Assembly (NCBI GenBank): GCA_002269645.1
Contig: NIVC01000618.1
Coordinates: 62,001 to 126,000 of the forward strand
Source: Macrostomum lignano
Taxonomy: Eukaryota
Length of the DNA: 64,000 nucleotides
Reading direction: 5' to 3'
This document shows positions 49,195 through 61,830 of the stretch, one piece after another. Every line of letters begins with the position of its first letter. The stretch's first letter is position 1. The position numbers and the translations under genes were made by a program. The notes beneath the pieces are model-generated. The model saw only the letters and a list, made by a program, of their open reading frames with translations. It ran no database searches and was not told the DNA's origin.

Positions 49195-52100
49195 GATTTG
49201 GTTTAACTGGGAGAGTTGGCTGAAAGTTAGAGGTGCGAAATGTTGAGCATAGCTGAAATGAATTGCCTAGAATAAGTTAATTTGCTGAGTAATAGAAAAT
49301 ATTTTCCAGAGAGAAGTCGAAGAGGGAGGATACCATAGAGGTCTAGGACTCTATGCATGGATAAAATACTTAGGTGATGTATATTTGATAGAATAAGAAA
49401 TAATTTGTAATATATATTTTTTAGTTATGTTTTTTTGCTTATTATAACAAACTGTCTTAACATTTACATTGTCAATATAAATTTGGGAAGTTGCCCATAT
49501 ATGTATTGAGTGGGCATCTATATTTTAACAGAAAAAAGATTAAAACAGAATTAATCTTTTAATAAAAACAAAAATCACTAGAGATTTACTATATTTATTA
49601 AAACCTTGTTAATCGACATGTAATTATTTGTATTTAATTAATTTTGACTCTCCAGTATTTCTTAACAAGAATCAAAGTTTTAGTTGCGCCTAGTTTGATG
49701 CAAGCTTTAACTGGCAATGTTTGCAGTATTTTGCAATTGCAAATATCAGCAACAAAGAATTATCTGCTCATTTTTACATTGTGCCCTACAGGAAAGTCAG
49801 ACATCAAAGGCAAAGTCAAAAAGGCAATAATCCAAGATATCATGAACTCAAATCTGACTGTTTGAAAGCTACTTAAACTTTATAAGTAGTTATGAACTCT
49901 CAAGCAAGCATATTAACTCTAGTGCCAACATCATCAAGCAAGGAAGATCTGCTGAGATGACCTATTGATTTCTAGGCCAATTTAGCTGGAGTGGAAAGAC
50001 TGAAGACTAATACTAATACTACACAATTGGTAATGCTCAAATTCAGTATGTTGCTACTGCCATTGAATTCAATGGTATAAATGTAATGTTCTAGTACTAC
50101 CTTGGTGAGATATTAACTAAAAAATAATAACTCTATACTTATAGCAAATATTGCAAGCAGGAAAATGCTCAATACCTATAGACTAATTATAGTTAGTCAA
50201 TTAGTTCTATAATAAGTGTAAATGTGATATATAAATATATAAAACTGGCTAGTGGCATTTTATTTTTGACAATGATAGGCAACTAAGTCTTTTCAAATGT
50301 TATAAAGGGTGGCATAGCAACAGCACTTTTTGCCATTAAGGAGCTTTTTAACAGCTCTATATAATTCATAGTTATACTTAAACCTGGCAAGATGATAATG
50401 TTATACAAGTGCCTTTAGCTTTTTTACTCATGTCTAAAGGAGCATACCTTTTACTATGAAGCCATCTAAGAAAAATAAAGGAACTTTTTATCTTAGACCT
50501 TCAAATTCAAAGCCTTGCAATAAATTTTGAAGTAGCTATATGGAATATAGTTGTCTTTTTTCTCTAAGCATTGAAAAATATAACTGCTCCTTTCTTTTTG
50601 CAAGCAATGTTTTTGAAATTTTTTTGAATTTGAATTTAAAATTTCTACTGTAGTTTGGGATGAAATGTATATACTTTTTTGCATTTGTTTTACTTTTGTT
50701 TTGTATTTTACTTTTTACTCTTTGTGCTTATTAATATTACCAACATTTTGCTTTAGGTATCTAACTTTCTAACTGATTGGAATATACTTTGATAAAAGTT
50801 CTTAAATATCCCTTATATCTCTCTATTCTTATACCTAAATATCTATCTAATTTTAATAGAAAATTATACAAACATAGGCCTATTTATAATGAATCCATAA
50901 ACTAAAAATAGTTCTATTCTTAAGTTTCAGCTTAATTGGGTTGATAGAACAAAAGCAATCATTCATCATAGAAAATAGACTAATGTATATATATATATAG
51001 GCCCAAGTATTAATTTTCTACATGGATATAAACTTTTAATATATGCAAATATATATCTTGATAGAGTATTTTTTGTTTTTTCCTTCCTAAAAATTCTTTT
51101 GCAGTTATTTTTAATATTATATCAAAATATATTGTTATTGTCATTTTCATCCTTTGTTACGAAAGTAATAAACATTACTTTGTTTATTATTTGTTTATGT
51201 TTGTTATTTACTATTTATTACTATAGAAAATAATAAACATTACAAAAGTTATATAATTTATAACCAATGATATGACAGGCCTAATCTATGCAAAAAAAAT
51301 TTGTGAATTCTACATACTAAAATTTTTTTTCTAAAATCAATCACATATACTTAGTAACTTAGATAGATAAATATAGACAAAAAAATTTAATATAAAGGAT
51401 TGACTTAAATAAATGCAAATTATAAAACAAAGTTGCTTTTTAGTCAAAAATAAAACCAAGTTACATGGCCAATATTAATTTTAGAAGGCTACTAGTCACT
51501 TTGGCAATTGACATTTTGGCAATAAAACATTTTGGTAATAGTCATTCAGTAGGGGGGGGGGGGCTAATAGTCAATTTTAGGCCATTTTACCTAAACTCCA
51601 AATATAGGCCTATAGATTTGAAAAAGACACAGATGTTGATTAGTTGCTGTGAAACAAAATTTAATAAATATATATTTTAAATCCATTTAATCAAAATTAA
51701 TCTATATAATATGTATTATTTGTCAAAAGAAAAACAATTAATGCCAATGGTACAAAGTCAAAATGTTATTTGCAATTAACATTGTATATTTACATTTAAA
51801 CAAATATAGGCCCTAATATCTAAAACTGATACTTGTATATTTATATACTATACAAATTACTTTAGTAATTACTATACTAGTAAATTATTATACAAATGAT
51901 ATTAGACCTACCATAGCAAGCTCAATATTCTATTCTATAAAAAATTGTTTTTCCTTCTTTTTCTATAATCATAATTGTACAAATTTACCAAATAATAATC
52001 TTAGCACTGATTTACCTAGTGTAAAGAGAGCCTATTAGATGCTAATTAGGCTTAATATCGAATCTCGATCAAATCTCTGAAAAGCATGACATAGCATAGG

Positions 52101-52505
52101 GCCTAGGCCTAGATCTCGAGTCTCGAAAATCTCGAAAATATGATATCATCTGATCCAAAAAGTAAAAGTACAAGTAATTCCATGATTGTAGCCTAAACTA
52201 AACTAAAGCTAAGCCAAGCTATTTAAACTAAGATTTGTTGGCATTGTTGTTTTCTCAGAATTAGGCTAGCCTACTTTGCTTGCATCTGTCTCATACATAT
52301 CAGATTATTCAGAATCTTTAGATACGAATGCTTGATGAGTGAGTTCACATTTTTACTCGATGCGGGACTGACGAGTCTTGAATCAGTAAGGACAGCGTTT
52401 TTTTAGGACGGCAGGTTTCTTTATGTTTGGGCTCAGGCCTTGCACGTTGTACCTCGAGCACGTTCGATCGAGAGCTCGAGGCTCAGCTCATGACGACGAG
52501 ACTTT

Positions 52506-52767
52506 GAGGCTCTTCACGGCAATCGATTCCAGAACCAGAATCGGTTCGGATTTCCAAGAAAAAAAGCAGTATAACTTTTTAACTTTGTTGAATGTTTGAC
52601 TGCCTTAACAGCCTCACTCTGCACAATTTTTCACTTTCTTCTTGGCTATTGCCATCCAATAATCACAATTTTAAAGCACTAAAATCCCTCTAGTTTAGGA
52701 GACAAAAAGTTATACTTTACAAATTGGTTCTGGTTCTAGAACCAGAACAAGCAATATGAAGAGCCTC
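52506..52767. mobile_element. 262-bp MITE, 11-bp perfect TIR, 3-bp TSD (PIF/Harbinger-like)
   Basis: gaggctcttca / tgaagagcctc with TTT on both flanks, plus additional internal inverted blocks. Confidence 0.72.
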
Positions 52768-54689
52768 TTTGTCTAGTTTAAATCCGTGCCAGAATTTCCG
52801 GGGTTAAGGTCGATACGAACAACTTGGAGTGCAATGTGGGGAGCTCTGGCTTATGATCAAGCTCAGAGGGGGGTAGCTATGGTCGTGACTAATGACTGAG
52901 TCGTCTAAGTTGATGTCGCACTTCAGAATGCTGGGCAAACAATGTACGTCAGCCGATGCTGAATTTTTCGCATTAATTGTAGATATATTCGGAAAGTCTT
53001 ACAAATTTTCGTAAGCTAATGCTTAATACTCAGAGTTACTTGTAGTAGCAGGTCGCTGCCACCACCGCGTGAATTCGTTGAGAAGAAATCCAAAGTGCCT
53101 GGAAGTATCTCGAACTAGCCCGTGGACTCTATTAATTGATGAGATCCCTTAGATCTGAATGCTTTTCCGAGGGTCACAAAGTCTAAAAGGAACAATTAAA
53201 CTTAACCGAATGAGCGTTCTGAATTTTATTGACAATTCTAAAAGTAATCAGGCATTTGGCGTACTGCGAAGAAGGGAGTTATAGCCAAATTTAAGCAGAC
53301 AGAAAATTTACATGCATGTACATGTAATGTACGTAAAATAATTACCAATGGGAATGTATTTTAATGGTAGTGATGGGTTCGGCCTTTTTAAGCCTGTAGC
53401 TTCGGGCCTCAGAACTCAGAAATGCATCACTAAGAGCTCTGGCCTCGATCACTCCTGTCAGATGGTCAGCCCCTTGGACATGGTAGCTAGATTGTGGGCG
53501 ATCGGGGCAGCAAGGTCCTATAGCTAGGAGAGGACAGCGAGAGACAAGCAGGGAGAATTTGAAAGGTAGAAATTAGCTAACCCGCGGATAAACTAACTCG
53601 CTGCCACCAGTCCGTGCGCCCCGGCTCACCAAACCGGAGCTATCGAAATCGGACTTCCGACTAGAGGGGCACTGCACTTACCTGCCATCTAGTGTCTTTT
53701 AGCTGTCTAAATCTCGAAGTCATAGCCGAATAGAAGGGACGCTGCTGGGACTAAGATCGCATTGGCCATGCAGGGACAGAGAGGACTTCTTCAGGGGGTT
53801 CTTGCGCTGGCGAGCCTTCATAAACTGCTAGATGTACTATTTCATTACCAAATTCCCAGAAGTACATGTATAAGTACACGTAACAACATGCTTTTGGCAC
53901 TAAATGTGTTAACACGTCGACAGATAGCGATGATGTAGATGCATTGTCACTTTCGGAGATCGTTAGGCTAATACTTAACTTACTTTGGCCGCTTAACTGC
54001 CTGTGACCGCGCCAAAGCGCCAGTCTGGCACTTAATTTGCATGCTTAACATAATGATTTCTTAGATCGACTGATTGACTGGGAACTGTGTCGCTTCCGGT
54101 CCACTGTGACCTCTGCCTCTATAGATTTAGCTGCTCATCTCTCAGCTGGCATTGCGAAAAAGAAAGAAAACGCTAAGTCTTTAACTTCCACATTTAACTT
54201 TCTCACTTAATCCGCAATCCTAAACACTTTAGATTGAGTTAGAGCAAATGGCTACTTTTAATATTAACTGACACTGCTGCCTCGAGATTGGCACACAAAA
54301 GCAAGTAAGCAAAAGTGCAAATCCTATCAGACTACCTAGGAAGGGGTCAGACAAAGAGTGCACCCAGTTAAGCAGGTCAAGAGAGCCTCTCACCAAACCA
54401 ATCAGAGGACCTATCTGCCGGTAGCCGAGGAATCCACAAAGACCGAAGCGTTCAGATTGGATGCTGTTGCTGATCTTGACTGACGATTGCCGCCGCTGCT
54501 CTTCGCTTGCCGATAGTCGTTGCTGCTCTTAGATCACTGCCGAGAGATATTGATGATGCTTCTCAGGGGGAACTTAGCTGTTGAAGCCGAAACTGCCGGG
54601 AAAGGGGGATCAGGTCGGCAGGACCAGAAGAGGAGTGTCCGGAGCGGAAGGGAGTACTCGAGCGCGGGGCGAGTTGCCGCCTTGTATAG

Positions 54690-54815
54690 CTCTCACGCGG
54701 CCGATTTGTTATAACGCACGCCGAATTTTCCTATTGGCTGAGAGCTTTTGTTAAAATAGGCGCCGAATTTTCTGATTGGTCGAGCCGGGGGCAGTCAGGT
54801 CGACTCTGATTGGCT
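54690..54815 (-). promoter_or_regulatory. Putative Pol II promoter: three CCAAT boxes plus a TATA-like element
   Basis: ATTGG on + at 54733, 54775 and 54809 (CCAAT on -), followed on - by TTATAAC (~54710) in GC-rich sequence. Confidence 0.4.
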
Positions 54816-55954
54816 GAGCGCAAGACCCCAAAACCCACCCCACCAGGTGGCCTTCAGACCCCAGGGAAGTTGACAGGTGCGGTGGGTCATAAATCATAAG
54901 CAAACATAATAAAAGTCACTTAATTGTCTAGACATTCTGGCGCCAAAAGTGACAGCAAAACGCCCATAAATCAAAAGAGAAAGCAACAGAGTGAGTGGGG
55001 GAAAGCTGGAAGGACCTCTTTTACCCAGACAGGCTGGCGCCAAAAGTGACAGCTAGACGGCCATAAATCACGGGAAACAGTGAAAAATCCACAAATCTGG
55101 GGGTCAGAACACTTCTCCCAGACTTAGTGTCGCCTGTCTAGACTGTTGGAGATCAATACGTCTCGAACCCAGACAGTCTGACCTTCAAATACGCGTAAAC
55201 AATCCTAAATTAGGTTCCTAAGGGAAGTACATTGGGTATCTAACAGAATTAATAGTAATGGCATAAATTAGTATAGAACTTAAGCCTAGATGGGAGAATG
55301 GAAAGAAGTTCCTAAGCTAGCCTACTGACAGTAGGGGAAAAGCGCATCGAAGCAAAATGTGCGGTTCTGAGATTGAAAAAAGGTGCGTCCTCATCAGTAG
55401 GTATATGTAGCTGGTCACTTGGGCTTACAAATTTACCTCGGGTATCATGGAATTCAATAAGGGGAGCTGCATTGTTTTACCAAGGAATAATCTGGCCAGG
55501 ACAGGGCCGGCAGACCGTCATACAAGCGATCGGAAGAGGGACAATGAGTCGGACCAGTGGGTAGTAAACGCAGGACCACCGGGTGGAAACAGACAAGAGC
55601 ACATGGGGATTAATAAAAATTTAGCAGCAGACGCACGCATTTACATCGAAAGTAAAACAAAATTAAAGCCATCAGTGAAAAATGAGGTAGTAATTCACTT
55701 CTGGGAAATTTTTTTACGCTGACTGGAGGGCATTCTTAAACTCTCAGGGTAGGCGGAGGCCTACCGTTTTATTTAATTGAATGTTTCACCAACTTTAATT
55801 TCGTTAATTACATAAATCGTTGATATAAATATATGCAATCGAAGCAAAGAGGCACGATCGTTGCTTCTAGATTCTTATTTAGATTTACTCGTAGTATCTT
55901 AGAACAGTATCAACTATATGAGCAGCGCAGTACGTATCATTCAATTAACTCAAC

Positions 55955-56490
55955 TGTCAAGGGCGCCCCAGCGACAACTGGACAAGCTCGATCGTTGCTG
56001 TTGCGGCGAGTGTCGGCCTGGTGGTCAACACGCTGAAGACCGTCGTGCTCTGCGTGCCGGACGACATCGAGACTGCGATTTTGTGCCGAGGCACTGATGA
56101 ACAGGCGACAGAGCTTCCGCGTTTTCCGCAGTTCGTCTACCTCAGCTGCTGCGCGCCGCCTTCAAGCTCGGCTACGAGAGCGAGTGAGCAACGCGGCTTT
56201 GTATCACCGCGCCGGCCTGGTCCGTACCAAACGACCTGCTGCGCTGTTGGCGACTCCAGCTGGCAGGCCACATCATCCGCACCGAGTCGTACTGCACATG
56301 CACAGAGCCGGTGCAGGAGGTGCTGCTCCTAACTCTGCAGGCACCCTACCGGCGGGGGCAGTTGCGCACTCGGCGTTTCGTCGACTGCCTGCTGGCTGAC
56401 GCCGGCTCTACGTATTCTGCCGGTGGCGTGGCGTTCTTTCGCTACCTGGCCTTGAAGCGCGCCCCTGTTGTATTCTGTTGTATTTTGTCA
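55955..56490 (+). mobile_element. RTE-type non-LTR retrotransposon 3' fragment, degenerate and internally deleted
   Basis: Across frames: SVGLVVNTLKTVVL...FVYL; LRAAF; ERVSNAALYHRAGL; RLQLAGHIIR; EVLLLTL..PYRRGQLRTRRFVDCLLADAG. Short tgttgtatt tandem tail. Confidence 0.7.
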
Positions 56491-58936
56491 GTTAATTAGT
56501 TTTCTGCACTTTTCAAAGTGTTTAACGCTTTACAAACAGTGTCATATATGTACACGTAAATCAGAACGGATGCTTACATAGTCAGTATAGCATGTGGGCA
56601 TGAAAAAAGACTCAATAATCTTCGATAGTGTTGCAAAGCTCTTGGCAATTTGGTGAACAACAGCCAAGAGCTTTTTGTTAAATTGCTTATTATTAAATCT
56701 ATAGGTTCGCTTCGCTTTGACTTTTATTTAAAAAAAACATATATTTAAGCATATTTTAACGTCTGATTAAAATAAATAAAAGTAAATTATTTATGCATTC
56801 GCGCTAGCCACTATATAGCCTATATTGTAGGCAAAGTAAAACTATAATTAAAAAGTTTAAATGTAATAATTATCGAATCGATGCTAGAACAGAAACATGT
56901 TTCCAATGTTTTAAAGGTTAATGCATCTGGTATACATGCTTATATGTGTGTGTGACGTGTGAATATTAGTAATTGACTCGATGCGAAGTGTGGGACCAAG
57001 TTGTTCCTATCAGCACATATAATATGTTCTCATTACACGAAGCGAGATAGATGTTAGGGGTTGCAATGTATCATCATATAACAAGACTGCGCAGGTCAGA
57101 ACAGGCTCTAAGGCGTGCAGCATGAGAATTAGCTAGAAATCAAGGGTGAGATGCTGCTTATAGCCGCCAGATTCGTAAGTCTACTTCAACAACAAAGAAT
57201 AAAGAATATGAAATACAATTAATTTTATATAACAGTATAATCAACAGGTAGCGGACATACATGTAGAACTAATTTAAGGTCAGCATTTAAATAGTGACAG
57301 GAGCTAATAAAGCTTAAGAATTGAAATCTAGGTTGAACCAAGCCAGTTAGCCATGCGGCATGTATGCAATAGCAGACGGAGAACACATGAAAAATATAAA
57401 TCAATATAGCATTATGCGGCCTTCAGAGCGCTGGGCATCAGCTTGAAACCATTGGCGAATACAGACAGTTCCAGTTGTTATGTAAAATTATAACTATAAA
57501 GTTATTAGTGATTTTCGTATGCATAGCTATGAATTAGAATAACAAACAGAGCTTATACGAAGGCAAATAGTAAATAGAATGACGTCATAGTGGCCCGCCA
57601 AATGCTTACCTCAACTTTATAAGCAAAAAAAAATAAATGAGGAACTACATGTTTATTAAAGCTACTAATAAAGTCAGTAGTATGACAGGCAAAGTATGTG
57701 CACAAAAAAACGGCATGCAAGAACAGACAGAGGACAGACAGGACAGTTAAGAGGCTATAGTACATATTATGCTTGCAATTTGCTGATGCCCGCCGCAGGG
57801 TCATCGCCGCTCGTCAACACAAAAGGAGGGCAGATTAGTTAGCAGGTCAGGTCACGGATACAAAAATAACTGGATGGGCCACTCAGGCATATATATTTAG
57901 TAAAACAGCTTTCTACTTTCAGTTCAGTAGCAATGAAGAATACATAAGCTATTTTATGATATAAAGACACATGAAATGACTTTGATAAGTTTAGAAGCCC
58001 AAGCTTGCAGGCGTAAACAGCTTGCTAAATTGGTTCAGCCATAATGTACATTTGCCAGTCCACTAAAATGTACATGGCAGCTTTAGGTTGGGACAGGTTC
58101 TGCGTGAAGTTTGAGGGTTTAAGCGATGGGGGTGTGGTGAGAGCCAATAAATAAGCCTTGGCTTTAAAAATACATTAAAATGCTTCAGTTCAACTTACTA
58201 CTGAGCTGAAAGTAGCTTGCATGCAAATGTTCTGAGTGGCCTATCTACTCATGTAGTTATTTTAGTATCTGTGGGCCAGCTAGGTGAGAGGAGCTGAAAG
58301 CAAGAGAGAGGGGAAGGTATGCAGATCAGAATGTGAGCAGCCCCAGTCCAAAATTTGACTCGCGCTGAGCATTCAGAAAACAGATGCGCTGGTAAGTGAA
58401 ATGCAGCGAAAGGGTACACAAATATAAAAGTGCATATATAGACTAGGAGCCAGACAACAGAGATATGACTTTTGTATAAAAAAAGCGCAACATCATTCTA
58501 AAATATCGTCGGTTGTGTTGGTTTTTCGTTTAAAAAATGTGCGAAAGCAAAAATAACAGCAAGTAAAAGGATAGATAGAGGCGGAAAATAAAATAAAACA
58601 CCGACTAGAATTGATAAAACTTAGTGCAAACTAATTTTTTTAAATAGAAATTTCACACAGATAAGACGAAGAAGAGAAAACAGTAGTAAGCTATGTTTTG
58701 ATAGCCCGATGAAGCCGAGTCTGCAGTTCAGTAGATGCTCAAGGACTGACGACACTAAAGCCCGTCAAAAGCTTAATGCCCATGCAGTGAAGCAACTAAC
58801 AGCTTGCATGCTGAGAGACAGAGATGAGGCTAAAATGAAAACATATCGAGTCGCTACGCCACATAATACATAACTATATTTAAATCTGTAGTTTTAAACA
58901 CAGTCGCTATAATGTTTAATTGATTAGCATTTGAGT

Positions 58937-61423
58937 TCACGGTAGCGGGACCAGAACCTCAACGTAGTTGACAGGGAAGTAGCCCCTGCGGCCGTGAGCC
59001 TCGCCCTCGTACCAGTTCTCGTCCACCTGGGCCAGCAGGGCGATAGTGTCGCCCTCTTCGAATGGCAGCTCGGTGCTGTTCTCGGCCGAGAATGAGTACA
59101 GAGCCCGGCAGCTGGGCGTGGAGCCGCCGCCGGCCGACTCTGCGCGAGGATGGGAGGGGGGGGCAAGCAGGCGCTGGAGAAGCTGCTGAGTGCTGCTTAT
59201 TCAGTCAGTAAGGCACAGTCCAGGTGTCAGTCTTATTGCTATTGGCAATTGTGGGTCTTGCCTGCCGTAAGGAAGTAGCGATCGAGAGAAAAAAGGCAGT
59301 ACAGTAGTTGAAGAGATCAGAGGGTAGTTGATGAGATCAGAAGGTAGTTGAGGCGATCAGAAGGTAGTTGAGGCAATCAGAAGGTAGTTGAGAAAATCAG
59401 AAGGTTGTTAAGGCGATCAGAAGGTAGTTGAGGCGATCAGAAGGTAGTTGAGGCAATCAGAAGGTAGTTGAGACAATCAGAAGGTTGTTAAGGCGATCAG
59501 AAGGTAGTTGAGGCAATCAGAAGGTAGTTGAGGCTATCAGAAGGTAGTTGAGGCAATCGGAGGGTAGTTGAGACAATCAGAAGGTAGTTGAGGCAATTAG
59601 AAGGTAGTTGAGGCAATCAGAAGGTAGTTGAGGCAATCAGAAGGTAGTTGAGGCAATCAGAAGGTAGTTAAGGCAATCAGAAGGTAGTTGAGGCAATCAG
59701 AAAGTAGTTAAGGCAATCGGAGGGTTGTTGAGGCAATCAGAAGGTAGTTGAGGCAATCAGAAAGTAGTTAAGGCAATCGGAGGGTTGTTGAGGCAATAGG
59801 AGGGTAGTTGAGGCAATCAGAAGGTAGTTGAGGAGATGAGAAAGCAAAGAGACTGTGCACTGAACGCAAAGATCTACATCTTAAAGCAACTATGTGAATG
59901 CATGAGTTGTTGCTAAATAAACACATTAGCAGCCTCTCGAACAGAAGAGGTGTTCCAGGCGTGTACGCGATGGTGAGGACAATTTCCATTGGAATTGTCA
60001 TAAACAAGTAAATAAATAAATGCCCGGTGCTGGGTGTAAATAGAAAATAAATAGCTGCTGGGAATTCCCGCATGCAAAATGTGTCTTAAAGAGTCTACTC
60101 GAGTCACCGATATGTTTAGAAAGAAGTTTAGATTTAGCTAAAGAACTAGACGGTTGGCAGGTCGATAAAGAATAAGATTTGCAGCCAGCCAGTCACCGGG
60201 GGAGGGTCTTATTGGTTACCGTGGCCGGCCTCGAACTCATCATTGCCGCCATTGGACTTCCATTTGTCTATATGTTTAATAATTTGGCGGAGGGGGGCGG
60301 GCGACAGCAGGGAATATGCGTCAGATTATTAGTAGCATGAATGGCGTTTTTTGCTTGAATTTGTTATTTGGCAAAAAAACTGTTTTCTGCAGTTTATTCA
60401 GGGAGTTAGATAAGTACTTTATATGCTAAATTAAAGCAAACATTATAGTCAATTAAGATAAGGAAACTGACATTGAAATATCAAAATTAACACAGCTATG
60501 GAATTTATGAGCAAAATGCTTGGATGCACCTATAAATAGATGAGTAATTTAATTTGAGCCAATTTGAGTAAATTTGAAGGCAAAATTAAGCAAAGAAATG
60601 CAGGAAAATTATGAATACAATACAATGGCGGGGAAGAAAAACAGTGCCAATTTTATGATGAATACAATGAAACTGAGTGACAATGACAGTGAGTGACAAT
60701 GACAGTGAGTGACAATGACAGTGAGTGACAATGACAGTGAGTGACAATGACAGTGAGTGACAATGACATTGAGTGACAATGACATTGAGTGACAATGACA
60801 GTGAGTGACAATGACAGTGAGTGACAATGACATTGAGTGACAATGACAGTGAGTGACAATGACAGTGAGTGACAATGACAGTGAGTGACAATGACAGTGA
60901 GTGACAATGACAGTGAGTGACAATGACAGTGAGTGACAATGCTAGTGAGAGTGACAATGACAGTGAGTGACAATGCTAGTGAGACTCAAATTTAGTGTGA
61001 AAGGGATAGTGAAATTCAGAACTTCGAGTGATAATAGTCGAGATGTTTGAGTGACAATTGGTGTGAGTGTGAAAATGACAGTAAGAGTGACAATAGCACT
61101 AAGTGTGACCAAATGAGTGACATTGAGAGTGAAAAAAGAACTGAAAAAATCAGCCTTCAAAACCTAAAGTTGGCGGAAGCAAAAGTCATTGTCGGGAATT
61201 AGGCAAGGTAATAAATAATAAGTGAAGAGCATTCAACTCACTCAGCGGTGTTGTGGCCCCCTGCTGATGGTGATTCTCCTGGTTGTCCGAGCGCCAAGAA
61301 TTGGCCGAGTGCTGCTGCTGCGGAGACGGCAGGTGGTCGCGGCTCAGGCTGGAATTGTTGCCAGCGCCTGTCGGCTTCGTAGGCACGTACTCCGTCTTGG
61401 GCCGCTCGGCTGCCTCTCTGCGC
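58937..61423 (-). CDS. SH3GL: Endophilin A 3' exons (61423-61242 linker; candidate 60267-60220; 59139-58937 SH3 + stop); BAR exons not identified in this window
   Basis: Terminal SH3 [59 protein letters not shown] closely matches endophilin-A C-termini. The upstream exon [14 protein letters not shown] matches the post-BAR segment. Phases are compatible. Confidence 0.88.
59320..59835. repeat. 20-bp intronic minisatellite (gaggcaatcagaaggtagtt)
   Basis: Direct tandem periodicity. Confidence 0.95.
60676..60982. repeat. 16-bp intronic minisatellite (gtgacaatgacagtga)
   Basis: Direct tandem periodicity. Confidence 0.95.
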
Positions 61424-61631
61424 CTGCGGCGGGTTGATCACGGCGGATGCAGGGGTGTGGATTCAGAAGCCCTATGACTTAGATTCTCGCTTAATTTTTA
61501 GCGCGGAAATAAAAATCGGATATAATAACCTCGCTACTCTACTTACTAGTAGACTAGTAGAGTAGTGCGAGTGTCAATAAAATTCACAAAAGTTTAGGTA
61601 TAAAGTTCTTGCCTGTACAACTGAATGACAA

Positions 61632-61830
61632 TTAGCAATCCATTCTATTCCTGCATCCGTGTTTGGCTAAATTAGCAATCCATTCTATTCCTTCATCCGT
61701 GTTTAGCTAGATTAGCAATCCATTCTATTCCTGCATCCGTGTTTGGCTAGATTAGCAATCCATTCTATTCCTGCATCCGTGTTTGGCTAGATTAGCAATC
61801 CATTCTATTCCTGCATCCGTGTTTGGCTAC
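61632..61830. repeat. 40-bp tandem repeat (5 units; ttagcaatccattctattcctgcatccgtgtttggctaga)
   Basis: cattctattc recurs every 40 bp from 61641 to 61801. Confidence 0.95.

Noticed and set aside
49300-52300. AT-rich island as horizontally acquired or viral DNA
   Set aside because: No long ORFs or defined termini were found. Similar AT-rich tracts at 20.9-25.4 kb resolve partly into host transposons.
53368-53432. Tiny tagtgatg...catcacta hAT-like inverted repeat
   Set aside because: Only 8-bp arms and no TSD, so it may be chance or a heavily deleted relic.
55980-56020. RCCCGEC Cys cluster resembling P2X7-tail-like domains
   Set aside because: The overlapping frame matches RTE reverse transcriptase (VGLVVNTLKT), which explains the region.
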